DNA of 64,000 nt. It comes from a virus (Duplodnaviria; Caudoviricetes). A program made the translations under genes and the position numbers. The DNA lies in IMG/VR virus record IMGVR_UViG_3300028172_000069. One strand, written 5' to 3'. Under the pieces are notes generated by a model. It made no database searches, was not told the origin of the DNA, and worked only from the letters and a program-made list of their open reading frames with translations. Below, piece by piece: positions 44,977 through 53,930 of this stretch; the stretch's first letter is position 1, and every line of letters begins with the position of its first letter.

Positions 44977-45384
44977 ATGGAACTGACCAGTGATCTGGTC
45001 TCTCTCATGCACCTCCATCGGCTGTCGATGTTCCGGCGCCCGATGGAGGATAGCATCAACCACGTCAACTTCATGTTGAATGTCGGCGTGCTGCACTACG
45101 ACAGAGAGACGCAGCAACGAGTGTCGGCTGTCCAGATTCAACGCGTGTACACCGACGTCGATCAACAACGGAAGGGCCACTTCAAAGCCTTCCTCCTAGC
45201 AATCGAAGCCGAAGCTGTACGGCTCAACTATGGTGTGGTGCGAGTCGATCAGGTGCACAACGAGCACTTGCTTGCATTCCTGGAGCGATCTGGGTATGTG
45301 CGATATGACGACGAAGTTGCACCTGTAATGGTAAAGCGACTGCCGCTTATGGTGAATCACCCATGGAACCAAGACACGCAATAA
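44977..45384 (+). CDS. GNAT-fold protein
   Basis: VYTDVDQQRKGHFKAFL; NEHLLAFLERSGY. Confidence 0.6.
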   Translation: MELTSDLVSLMHLHRLSMFRRPMEDSINHVNFMLNVGVLHYDRETQQRVSAVQIQRVYTDVDQQRKGHFKAFLLAIEAEAVRLNYGVVRVDQVHNEHLLAFLERSGYVRYDDEVAPVMVKRLPLMVNHPWNQDTQ

Positions 45385-45881
45385 TTCTCACCGGCCTGTT
45401 CTGTTTGTGGACGCTGCTCATAATCTGGTTCTCACACAACCGGGCTCAGAAGCTCCGCAAAGATCAGGAAGCCTTCCAGAAGTTCATGGTTGAAAAGAGC
45501 GACGAACTTCAAGCGTCCATGAACGAACTGCGCACGCAAGGCCGTCTGGTCAACAACGTGCAACGAGCCACGAGCGGCGCGCTGTGCAGTGCAGCCCGAC
45601 TGCTGGCAGACGTGGTCATGAGCGTCAAGCACATTGCCAACTTGAGCAATGGCCACGAAAAGAAAGACCAGTTCGACAATCACATTCGGGTGATCCTCGA
45701 CGCCATCGAGAAGATCGACCTGAGTGCTGCTGAAAACCAGATGGTCAAACTCGGAGAATACCATGACGAACAAGAACGCCTCGAACAATCAGGTCGACGT
45801 AATGACACGGCTCGCAGCCGAATCAAACGGGGTGTCGACCGAGCATGTTACCTTAGCAATGAGAAACAAGGTAAAGAATGA
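45363..45881 (+). CDS. Membrane-anchored coiled-coil protein
   Basis: N-terminal TM helix; 3' end overlaps the next ORF by 119 nt. Confidence 0.6.
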   Translation: MEPRHAIILTGLFCLWTLLIIWFSHNRAQKLRKDQEAFQKFMVEKSDELQASMNELRTQGRLVNNVQRATSGALCSAARLLADVVMSVKHIANLSNGHEKKDQFDNHIRVILDAIEKIDLSAAENQMVKLGEYHDEQERLEQSGRRNDTARSRIKRGVDRACYLSNEKQGKE

Positions 45882-45945
45882 CCTGTGGCCGTTGATGTAC
45901 ACCGCAGGTCTGGGGTCAGTTCGTAAAGCGGCTGGCCTGAACTAA
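45763..45945 (+). CDS. 60-aa mini-protein resembling the family A DNA polymerase fingers/O-helix (motif B)
   Basis: GGAG RBS; ungapped match DVMTRLAAESNGVSTEHVTLAMRNKVKNDLWPLMY vs Pol I [35 protein letters not shown] (recalled). Confidence 0.6.
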   Translation: MTNKNASNNQVDVMTRLAAESNGVSTEHVTLAMRNKVKNDLWPLMYTAGLGSVRKAAGLN

Positions 45946-45949
45946 ACGC

Positions 45950-45987
45950 AAGGCAGTGACGCCCAATGGGATAGCTGCCTTTTATTT
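45950..45987 (+). terminator. Intrinsic terminator
   Basis: AAGGCAG...CTGCCTT followed by TTATTT. Confidence 0.65.
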
Positions 45988-46002
45988 GGCCTGTTTATGC
46001 AC

Positions 46003-46016
46003 TACTGATTTCAGTA
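46003..46016. promoter_or_regulatory. Operator palindrome copy abutting an RBS
   Basis: TACTGATTTCAGTA directly before AAGGAG; preceded by TGCAC as in cassette B; no -10 box. Confidence 0.7.
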
Positions 46017-46027
46017 AAGGAGCAGTC

Positions 46028-46411
46028 ATGCTGCGATTCACTGCACAACATAACCAAGAGGTTGTAGCGACGCATAGCCTGAGCAACCCGAGCCGTTGGG
46101 AGTCTGTGCTGAACAACACCTTCATCCAGCCATATGCTGGTGAAGTCATTAAGCTGGAACGCTGGCAGTTCCTCCAGATCATCGTCAACATTAGCGCTGA
46201 GTCCCAGAAGCTGCTGGGTATGATCGGACACAAGATGGGCAACATTCACACGCTGGTGCACGCCAAACGGCACCCGGCCTACGTCAACATTCGCGTCGGT
46301 GAGATTGACGACCCGATGGTTGATCTGATGGAGCTCAACGCCGTGCTGGGTCTGCTGTACTCTGCGGCTAAGGGCAGCGACGTGGTCACGCTAACCAACG
46401 CGACTACCTAA
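46028..46411 (+). CDS. Hypothetical protein
   Basis: Start moved to ATG 46028 (AAGGAG RBS). Confidence 0.7.
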   Translation: MLRFTAQHNQEVVATHSLSNPSRWESVLNNTFIQPYAGEVIKLERWQFLQIIVNISAESQKLLGMIGHKMGNIHTLVHAKRHPAYVNIRVGEIDDPMVDLMELNAVLGLLYSAAKGSDVVTLTNATT

Positions 46412-46521
46412 CCTATAATCTTCACCACTAAGTCCTTGTACTACTGATTTCAGTTATGCTATAATGGTCGAGTGAAGCATACTATGCTCGCACTTCATTG
46501 GTTATGGACTTAGTTAAGGTA
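46405..46521 (+). promoter_or_regulatory. Promoter cassette C
   Basis: -35 TTGTAC 46436-41, 18 bp, -10 TATAAT 46460-65; operator TACTGATTTCAGTT 46442-55; boxes 46405-27 and 46499-521. Confidence 0.85.
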
Positions 46522-46528
46522 AACGAAC

Positions 46529-47068
46529 ATGACAACAAAACTACGCGGCGCACCAAAGCACGTCACCGAGGCAGCGAATCAAGGCCTCAAGGTGAAAGCC
46601 AAACGCAAACTATTCGGCTTGTCGTCTGCTGACGTCGGTCGCATGATTGGCTTCGACGGTGTTCGCCTGAGTCGCGCCGAGTCTGGCTTGCGAGTAGTTG
46701 GCGCCTACGGCATTCTCAACCGTGCCCTGCACTTCCTCAAGGTGCTGGAGCAGAAGCACGGTGTTCGTCCACTCAAGGCAGTGAAGAAGACGCAACTCAC
46801 TGTGGTCGCCAAGGCCATGGTCGAGCGTGTGTTTATCTCAGGTGCCGACGTGGTCACAGTGCCTGTCGAGGACGTCGAGGTGATCGTTACTCGGGAGACG
46901 GGCGCCGAAGTGTTTGTGGTGAATGAGCTGGCGATGCTGCTGGCTGCATACTGCGCACGCACCAAGACGACTCAAGGCGAAATGTACAACGTCGCCCTCA
47001 ACAATGGGATCGTGACATTCATGCGGTCCGCAAACTTTGCACCAATCGCATGGGAGGTTCTGCCATGA
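46529..47068 (+). CDS. XRE/Cro-like HTH DNA-binding protein
   Basis: KRKLFGLSSADVGRMIGFDGVRLSRAESG; CGAAC-ATG. Confidence 0.6.
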   Translation: MTTKLRGAPKHVTEAANQGLKVKAKRKLFGLSSADVGRMIGFDGVRLSRAESGLRVVGAYGILNRALHFLKVLEQKHGVRPLKAVKKTQLTVVAKAMVERVFISGADVVTVPVEDVEVIVTRETGAEVFVVNELAMLLAAYCARTKTTQGEMYNVALNNGIVTFMRSANFAPIAWEVLP

Positions 47069-47565
47069 GCCGCATTGCATTCCACATCTTCTACGCCGAA
47101 CAGCGCGCCAAGTCTGGCCTGAACCGTGCAGAGTTTGCAGCCAAGATCGGCATTAGCCACGAGACTGGCAGCAAGTACGAGAACGGCGAGTGGTACCCGA
47201 GCTTCGCCACGCTGCGCAAACTCGAACGCACCATGGACCAGAATCTGGAGCTGTTCTACATGCCGCCTGCGTATCGTCTGGAGCTCGACATTCTGACCGA
47301 CGCGCCCAAGGCATTGCCCGAAGAGTTGCTGCGCATCATTCGCAAGCGTCGTGCGTGCACCTTCAAGTACGTCGGTGACATTGGCCGCACGGGCGCGTGC
47401 ACCTTTCAGTTTCAGTCGAAGACGCGAGCGCACCTCGAGGAGATTATCGACACCTACTCGGCGAACGACCCAAGCGAAGCCGTGTACCTGAAGAACACCA
47501 TCAAGATGGTCGACTTCAATCCCGATGATGAATTCGGTGGCGTCAAGAACAACACCGTCGAGTAA
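47065..47565 (+). CDS. XRE family HTH transcriptional regulator
   Basis: RAKSGLNRAEFAAKIGISHETGSKYENGEWYPSFATLRKL; GGGAGG RBS. Confidence 0.85.
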   Translation: MSRIAFHIFYAEQRAKSGLNRAEFAAKIGISHETGSKYENGEWYPSFATLRKLERTMDQNLELFYMPPAYRLELDILTDAPKALPEELLRIIRKRRACTFKYVGDIGRTGACTFQFQSKTRAHLEEIIDTYSANDPSEAVYLKNTIKMVDFNPDDEFGGVKNNTVE

Positions 47566-47631
47566 GAGATAAGTTTGCCTGTGCGTTCTGCGGAGCGCAC
47601 AGTTGAGCTGGACTCACTCAAGGAGCAACAC

Positions 47632-48915
47632 ATGGACAAGACTAGCCTCCCGAAAGGCATCACGCTCGAAGGCTTCACGCCAGAGGGCAACCTGATTCTC
47701 ACCAACGCGATGACTGCGTGGCCTGACGTTGTTAGCCACGGTGATGGTAAGTTCAAAGCGCTGGCCGAAGATGCGAACGACACCACGCGCATCTACGTGC
47801 GGATGCGTGATCTGCCCTCGATGCCAAGTGAGCGCAAGGCAGAACGTCGAGCCCTCAAAGGCGGCCTCCCAAAGGGAACGTACACCATGGGTACCGACAG
47901 TGTCGGCAACCTTGTACTCGGTATGCAGGCGGGTGAAGATGTAGACTGGCCAGAGTCGTTTGAACTCGAAGGCGTGAAGTACGTCGGCATACCGTGCTCG
48001 CCCAACACCATGCGTGTGTACGCCATTGCCGAGAACATCGCAAAAGTGGAGCCGGAAGCGCACAGCTACGACTTCCACAAGAATCACCACACCAGCCCGA
48101 CGGCGCGACTCATTGCACTGTCGCCGCGTGAGCGCATCCTCGCCCTGACCAAAGCGCCTGGGTATGACGTGCGCAACATCAAGGTGACGATCAGCGCCAA
48201 CGGCATTGATATGAGCCCAGACGATCTGGACGACTGGATCGAGACAGAGGTGCGTGGTCGTGTCGCTCGTCTGATGCGCCACAAGGGCCTACATAGCATC
48301 GAGTCGGCAGCACGTCGTCGCGTTATCGAAGGTGTTCGTGGTCACTTCGATAGTATTGAAACCAGCATCGCCGAACTGATGCAGGTGATGGACATGCACC
48401 GTGAAAGCCTCGATGGTATCGGACGCATGTTCTGGGATCACAAAGAGCAGAGCGAACTGGCAAGCATCGGCTGCTTTAGCGTCGTGATGCCCAAGGCCCT
48501 CGAATCCTACATGGAAGAGCCGTCGCAGCAATGGCGCCACAATGCCATGTTGTTCTTCATCGACCTGGTGCGCAACACCTACCAGAACGTGGACGAGTAC
48601 GGCCGTGAGAAGTTTGAACGCCTAGCGTCGAACATCCGTGCGCAACTTGAAGCCAACGAGTGTGAACTGTTCGACTCGTGGTACGGTGTCGCCAAGCAAG
48701 GTCACCAGATCAACGTAGCTGAGCTGGTCGAGTTGTTGGAAGCGCGTTGGTTGGAAGAAGTGCGACCTGCGATAGATCAACTCGCCACAGAGCCTGATCC
48801 GCAAGGGCAGAAAACGCGCAAGATTCAAGCGATCACGCGCACCTGCCGCACAGCCGCAATTACCGAATACCTTGAAGGCAAAGGTATCACTTGCAAGAAG
48901 GAAGAAGCCGAATGA
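47632..48915 (+). CDS. Hypothetical protein
   Basis: Start moved to ATG 47632 (AAGGAG RBS). Confidence 0.7.
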   Translation: MDKTSLPKGITLEGFTPEGNLILTNAMTAWPDVVSHGDGKFKALAEDANDTTRIYVRMRDLPSMPSERKAERRALKGGLPKGTYTMGTDSVGNLVLGMQAGEDVDWPESFELEGVKYVGIPCSPNTMRVYAIAENIAKVEPEAHSYDFHKNHHTSPTARLIALSPRERILALTKAPGYDVRNIKVTISANGIDMSPDDLDDWIETEVRGRVARLMRHKGLHSIESAARRRVIEGVRGHFDSIETSIAELMQVMDMHRESLDGIGRMFWDHKEQSELASIGCFSVVMPKALESYMEEPSQQWRHNAMLFFIDLVRNTYQNVDEYGREKFERLASNIRAQLEANECELFDSWYGVAKQGHQINVAELVELLEARWLEEVRPAIDQLATEPDPQGQKTRKIQAITRTCRTAAITEYLEGKGITCKKEEAE

Positions 48916-49763
48916 GTAAAGCCATGCAGTACCGTGAAGTCGTCAAAATCCATCTGGCGCAGATTGCCAAAGAGCATGGCATAGTGTTTATCCACGTCGC
49001 GGACGCCGGCAGCCGTAGCTGGGGTTCGAGCACCGAAGATTCTGACATTGACCTGAAGTGCATCCACGTCAAACTGCCGTGGGCACGCAATGTGGAAGAA
49101 TCCACAGACACGCTGCGCAGCACGCAAACAATCCGCATCCTTGGTACTGCTGGCGATGACGTGCCAGTGAGCATTGACCTACAGTCGTTTGAACTGCGCA
49201 AGGCTCTCCAGTTGCTGACCCGTAGCGATCCCGTGTTCTACGACATGGTGTACAGCCCGGGCGTCATGGCGCAATCGGAAATGATGCACAGTTGCGTCTA
49301 CCCTATGGTCGAAGCGTACCAGAACCGTTCGCTGATGGCACGACGCTACGCTGAAATGGCGTTCAACAATCTGTGGCCAGAGCGCAGTTCGCGTGACCCA
49401 GAAGTGCGTGACAACCCGCCGACCAAGCGTGCGCTGATGTTGGCCCTGCGCTTCACCATGTTGTGCGAAGCGGTGATGCAGGACAAGAGCTACAAGGTGC
49501 GCGATTACCAAGGCCTGATCGACCTCGACTTGGCTGCTGGGTACAAGCGCATGTGGCCAGAGGTCATGGATTACAACGATGTGGAAGTGCACCACCACAC
49601 GGCAATCATGCGTGACTTCCTCGACTTCCTGACGCGCAGGCAGAAAGAGTTCCCGCTGCCGGGTGAGCGCAATCGTGATATGCACCTGTGCCAGCGAGCG
49701 TACAGCGCGATCACCAAGCACGTCGTCCTCAACTACACTGAATCGCACCTCGACTGGAAGTAA
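48912..49763 (+). CDS. Pol-beta-fold nucleotidyltransferase (YcgL/RlaP-like)
   Basis: GSRSWGSSTEDSDIDL (GS-x10-DxD); SFELRKALQLLTRSDP; ALMLALRF. Confidence 0.8.
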   Translation: MSKAMQYREVVKIHLAQIAKEHGIVFIHVADAGSRSWGSSTEDSDIDLKCIHVKLPWARNVEESTDTLRSTQTIRILGTAGDDVPVSIDLQSFELRKALQLLTRSDPVFYDMVYSPGVMAQSEMMHSCVYPMVEAYQNRSLMARRYAEMAFNNLWPERSSRDPEVRDNPPTKRALMLALRFTMLCEAVMQDKSYKVRDYQGLIDLDLAAGYKRMWPEVMDYNDVEVHHHTAIMRDFLDFLTRRQKEFPLPGERNRDMHLCQRAYSAITKHVVLNYTESHLDWK

Positions 49764-49766
49764 CCT

Positions 49767-50117
49767 ATGCTGATCCTGATGTTCCAAAGCCGTGAAGTTC
49801 TCGCTCGGCATCTGGCTAAGCAGTGCAAGCGCATTGCAGAAATTTCCCTGATTCAAGAAGACCTCGTGGACATTGAGTACCAAGACGGTGATCGGGTGAA
49901 GAAGTTTGTGGCTATCGGCGTGAGCGAATCGCATCTGCCGTTGTCACTCGGTCTGGTTACTTCATCGTCGCTGGCATTCACGGTGCACGGCGATGGCAGT
50001 CGCACGCCGCACAGCTTCGACACACTGGACCTGAGCCATCACAAGCCAGTGGGTGAAGTGCTCGACCTCGTTCAGTCCAAAGTCACTGTCGAGACCAAGT
50101 GGAGGTTGACCAAATGA
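49767..50117 (+). CDS. Hypothetical protein
   Basis: 116 aa. Confidence 0.6.
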   Translation: MLILMFQSREVLARHLAKQCKRIAEISLIQEDLVDIEYQDGDRVKKFVAIGVSESHLPLSLGLVTSSSLAFTVHGDGSRTPHSFDTLDLSHHKPVGEVLDLVQSKVTVETKWRLTK

Positions 50118-50959
50118 AAGCTAACCAAGTAAAGGCCAAGTACGCACTGATCTTCAAGCGCGAGTACGATCTGGCTGCGCTCCTGAAGTCGATGCACCAA
50201 GACGAACACTTGGCGGCATTCAAAGAGTGCGTGTACGAAATCCGCTTCGAAGGTGTTGAGTTGCAAGTCGTGGTGGTTGAGCGCAAGCGCCTCGACACAC
50301 CGCACAACAACCTGCTGGCACCGATGCTGCCTGAGCGTTGGCGGCAACTTGCTGTGGGCATCATCGAACTCGACACGCTCGCTGGCTACTGCATGATTAC
50401 CAAAACGATCATGGAGCAGCACCACAAGAACCTGCAGTTGCACATTCTGGCGATCACCGATTCGATGCGCGTGTATCAGGGTCCGCTCGGGCTCACGCCT
50501 GAATCGTTTCCTGAGGTGGTGAAGGAAATCGTAGACGCCGACCCGCCAGTCAAGTTTGATCCTACGAAAGTTGCAAAGCTCAAGCACGTCCTGATGTATC
50601 CGCACCGCACTGATCTGTCTCAGCGCCTGTGCGACTTCAGGCGTGAAGCACACCTCGAAGCGTTTGTCGAGTGCGTCAACATTCTGGGCTTCGACGGTGT
50701 GCTGTACAAGCTCCTGACGGTCGACTTGCCGTACCCGATGGAAATCGCGGGTCCAAAAGACCTGATGCTGCATCCTGACTGGCGCAAGGGCTTGATCGCA
50801 GCGTATAAGCTCGAAGATGGGCAAGTGCGCACAGTGATTCCGCATCCCGAGGATGATCGCAAGATGCGCCTGTTCTTCAACACTTTCATCGACCATCTAC
50901 CAGCGTACACCGGACCGATGGGTTATGCGATCGGCCTGCGGCAACAACCGTCCTCTTGA
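50114..50959 (+). CDS. Hypothetical protein with internal domain duplication
   Basis: DL...L....HL.AF.ECV....F.GV....WR occurs twice; GGAGG RBS. Confidence 0.7.
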   Translation: MKANQVKAKYALIFKREYDLAALLKSMHQDEHLAAFKECVYEIRFEGVELQVVVVERKRLDTPHNNLLAPMLPERWRQLAVGIIELDTLAGYCMITKTIMEQHHKNLQLHILAITDSMRVYQGPLGLTPESFPEVVKEIVDADPPVKFDPTKVAKLKHVLMYPHRTDLSQRLCDFRREAHLEAFVECVNILGFDGVLYKLLTVDLPYPMEIAGPKDLMLHPDWRKGLIAAYKLEDGQVRTVIPHPEDDRKMRLFFNTFIDHLPAYTGPMGYAIGLRQQPSS

Positions 50960-50974
50960 GGACGCGGAGGAAGT

Positions 50975-51532
50975 ATGAACACCAACAGTGAAATGCGTCG
51001 CATCACCGAAGTGAAGCAAGGCGCTAGTGGCGGATTCCAAGTTCGTTTCTACTCGCCACAGACAATCAACCAGTGGTTCCCGATGGGTGATGACCGAGAG
51101 GCCGCACTCAAGAAGGCGAAGACCTGGCGTAACTCGCGTGAACGTGAGTTTGGCATTACCAGCAGCGACTATGGTGTGCGTCGCCCGCGTAAGCGCCACG
51201 GTAACAGCAAGGCAGACACTGGCGTGTTTGTCGCAATCGGCTACAAGGGCGACCGCTTCTACGCCGACGTCATGGGTGTGCTCAACTACACCGACGAGAC
51301 AGGTAAATCGAAGCGCAAGCAGAAGGCCCACAGCATCCTCAAGCACGGCTACCACACAGCGTACTTGCTGGCGCTGAAAGATCGCTGTGAAATGGCCGGG
51401 CTGCCGTTGCCGGAAGAAGTGACGATTCCCAAACTGTCCAGCGACCAGATCGACAAGCTGCGCCAGGAAGGTGCAACGCTCAAAAGTCTCACGGAGAAGG
51501 CAACTGTGCCGTGGACGGGTGTTCTGGCATAA
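50975..51532 (+). CDS. AP2-domain DNA-binding protein (no HNH)
   Basis: GFQVRF...QWF....EAALKKAKTWR; TGV....KQKAHSILKHG...AYLLA. Confidence 0.6.
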   Translation: MNTNSEMRRITEVKQGASGGFQVRFYSPQTINQWFPMGDDREAALKKAKTWRNSREREFGITSSDYGVRRPRKRHGNSKADTGVFVAIGYKGDRFYADVMGVLNYTDETGKSKRKQKAHSILKHGYHTAYLLALKDRCEMAGLPLPEEVTIPKLSSDQIDKLRQEGATLKSLTEKATVPWTGVLA

Positions 51533-51568
51533 CTCAATTTATTGAGTGCCAACACTGGAGTATCGAAC

Positions 51569-52138
51569 ATGAAACTAATCCAACATGCAACTGTCCCATC
51601 GAAGACCACCTGGAAACAGGAAGGTAAGTTGAAGTCCCTGCTGCGCGTCCTACACATATCGCACACTGGCCTGCCGGAGTTTAGTGACGGGGCGATACCC
51701 GACGCGCTACTGCGCTTCATCAACGATCGGGCTTGCAAGACCTTTGGTAGCATCACGCTGCGGACTGGGGAGCTCCTACGCAATGCGACCGAGGAACAGA
51801 AGAACAAGCGAGTCACCATCCACTACCTGATTCGTGAAGAACAGGAAAGCCAACTGCTGGATATGTTGGAGCGATGGAGTGAGCAGCCGCCTAAGCTGCG
51901 CGTACCAGTGAGCCCTGCTGCACCCAAAGCGATGTTGTTTTGCATCGACAAAGGCGAAGAGGCGTTCATCTGGACAGCGACGCAAGGCAGACAGCTACTG
52001 GAAGAAACGCTGCCAGTGAGCGCACGCACGTTCCGCCAGAACGGACACACGTTGCGCCCGACTGCAACCACACTCGACGGCATCTTGAACAGCATGGTGC
52101 CTGTCGTCGAAGATCGTTACTCCCGAATGGAGAACTAA
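51569..52138 (+). CDS. Hypothetical protein
   Basis: CGAAC-ATG 51569; GGAG RBS. Confidence 0.7.
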   Translation: MKLIQHATVPSKTTWKQEGKLKSLLRVLHISHTGLPEFSDGAIPDALLRFINDRACKTFGSITLRTGELLRNATEEQKNKRVTIHYLIREEQESQLLDMLERWSEQPPKLRVPVSPAAPKAMLFCIDKGEEAFIWTATQGRQLLEETLPVSARTFRQNGHTLRPTATTLDGILNSMVPVVEDRYSRMEN

Positions 52139-52139
52139 C

Positions 52140-52742
52140 ATGGGTAAAAGCATTGGCGAAATGCTGGATAATCCGATTGATCAGGAAGCCATAGCGATCC
52201 TGCAAAACTATGAGCGGCACGCAAACAATGCCAGGCAGTTCTTTCTGGCTGCCGCTGGCGAACGTATCGAAGCAGGCCGCGTGGTAGCAATCGACAAGAG
52301 TGCGCCGCGTATTGCTGGCATGCCTGTTGTCTTTGAACTGCCGTACGGGCCTCAGAATCGGGCTAAGCGTATCGAGTCCAAGAAGCAAGCGCGCCGTGTC
52401 TTTGGGCTTCCATGTGTGGTGCACGACAGCAGCTACATGGGCGATAACCCAGAGCGCATCCTGTTCTACGTCGGTGACGGGAAGCATACGAGCTACCCTA
52501 TCCACGATGCGCGCGGTTATTGCGGTTACGGTGGGCACATGGAGCTCAACTACGTAGGTGGTAAAAGTACGGAGTCTTCTGTGCTGGTTCACGCCTCACC
52601 TTGGCCGAGTGTAGGTACTGTCGGACACTGTGACTTCGGACCTCCTCGAATTCCAGACGTACAAGACCTATGCTGGCGCGACAGCTACCCAACGTACCTC
52701 GCGCAATTCATTAAATCGTTAGCACAAGGAACCCAAGCATGA
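52140..52742 (+). CDS. Hypothetical protein
   Basis: 200 aa; GGAG RBS. Confidence 0.65.
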   Translation: MGKSIGEMLDNPIDQEAIAILQNYERHANNARQFFLAAAGERIEAGRVVAIDKSAPRIAGMPVVFELPYGPQNRAKRIESKKQARRVFGLPCVVHDSSYMGDNPERILFYVGDGKHTSYPIHDARGYCGYGGHMELNYVGGKSTESSVLVHASPWPSVGTVGHCDFGPPRIPDVQDLCWRDSYPTYLAQFIKSLAQGTQA

Positions 52743-53254
52743 TGCTCATTACTCTCCTGTCCGCCGCACTTGCCTATGCCATCGTATGCGCTAGCGGAGA
52801 GCACCCACGCATCGTCGACCTGTGGACGTTGTTGAACAGTCCGAACTTGATCTGGCAGTTCCTGTTCTTCACCGTGCTGTTTACGGCACTGGGTATCGCA
52901 GCGAAAGAGTACCGTGCCAAGGCTGCGATTCTGCGCGCTGCAATGTCACGTCGCCGTCACCCGAAGTTGCGCAAGCTGATCCTTGCCGGCGTTGGTGAAG
53001 GCAGCTTCGCGTATCTTGCCAAGCAAGTGCAGTACGGTACGCAGGGTGAAGCCAACTGGCTGCCTGCCATGAGCACCGTGTACGTGATCTGCCTTGCAGA
53101 CGAAGTAAAAGAGGACCCGACACGCGAACCCACTGCCGTATGCGTCCCGTACTTTGAAGGCGCCAAGAACTACTCGCCGTCGATGACGGTTGAGGTGCCG
53201 CTGCAAGACCTGTACAAACACGTTCCCCGTCACTTGATTCCGGAACTGATCTGA
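52739..53254 (+). CDS. Membrane protein
   Basis: Two N-terminal hydrophobic helices. Confidence 0.65.
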   Translation: MMLITLLSAALAYAIVCASGEHPRIVDLWTLLNSPNLIWQFLFFTVLFTALGIAAKEYRAKAAILRAAMSRRRHPKLRKLILAGVGEGSFAYLAKQVQYGTQGEANWLPAMSTVYVICLADEVKEDPTREPTAVCVPYFEGAKNYSPSMTVEVPLQDLYKHVPRHLIPELI

Positions 53255-53478
53255 TGACTACCAAAGTCAAATGGAAGCGCACACGCAAGCACAAACCCAC
53301 CGAGTCCGGACCGTACATCGTTACCATGGACGAAGACAGCGAGGAATGTACCAGCGCTGTCTGGGCGAACGCTATCGGAACTCAAAAAGAAGGCTTCTTC
53401 CAGCAACACGACGGACGCATTGTTCGCGTTAATCCAATCGCCTGGGCTGAAATGCCGAAGCCGTATCGCCCGGCTTGA
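53254..53478 (+). CDS. Hypothetical protein (DUF551-like)
   Basis: KW....KP.ESG.Y.V....AWAEMPKP pattern. Confidence 0.55.
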   Translation: MTTKVKWKRTRKHKPTESGPYIVTMDEDSEECTSAVWANAIGTQKEGFFQQHDGRIVRVNPIAWAEMPKPYRPA

Positions 53479-53503
53479 CTACTGATTGCAGTTAAAGTGT
53501 AAA
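53475..53503 (+). promoter_or_regulatory. Putative promoter with variant operator
   Basis: TTGACT, 17 bp, TGTAAA; spacer TACTGATTGCAGTT. Confidence 0.55.
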
Positions 53504-53517
53504 CGCAAGGTGAGAGC

Positions 53518-53916
53518 ATGATTACCGAACTCGACACATTCCTCGATGCACCGGAAGCACGCGCAAAGGCCGACAAGGTGATTGAACGCTTGATTGCCAA
53601 GTACGGCCAACCGTTTGACTTCGGTCGCAATCGCCTTGTGTTTGCCAATGACCGCATCGTCTTCAAGTTCCCGCGCAACCTCGCTGGTGAAACTGACAAC
53701 TGCTGGGAGGGTAGCTGTCAGGGTCCAACGAAAGCGCGTGGGAAACGCTTGGTAGTAGACGGGTTCATCTGCGTTATGCAGGAACGGTTGCAGCGCATCT
53801 ACGCTGACGTACCGAGACCCGAAGTGCTACCCAAGTGGACAGACAGTGTGGACTGTATGCAAGTCGGTTACGATAAACACGGGTGCCTGAAAGTTTACGA
53901 CTACGGGCCTCGATAG
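53518..53916 (+). CDS. Minimal protein-kinase-like protein
   Basis: FGRNRLVF (Gly-loop-like), IVFKFP (Lys), DNCWE (Glu), DCMQVG (catalytic-loop-like), VYDYG (DFG-like). Confidence 0.5.
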   Translation: MITELDTFLDAPEARAKADKVIERLIAKYGQPFDFGRNRLVFANDRIVFKFPRNLAGETDNCWEGSCQGPTKARGKRLVVDGFICVMQERLQRIYADVPRPEVLPKWTDSVDCMQVGYDKHGCLKVYDYGPR

Positions 53917-53930
53917 AAAGGACTACGAAC

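Noticed and set aside
23244-46521. Calling the cassettes proven invertible promoters
   Set aside because: The inverted boxes are imperfect, all three copies face the same way and no recombinase is in the window; kept only as one hypothesis
51533-51546. CTCAAT-TT-ATTGAG palindrome as a sixth operator copy
   Set aside because: Same geometry but different arm sequence, AT-rich and single; could be chance
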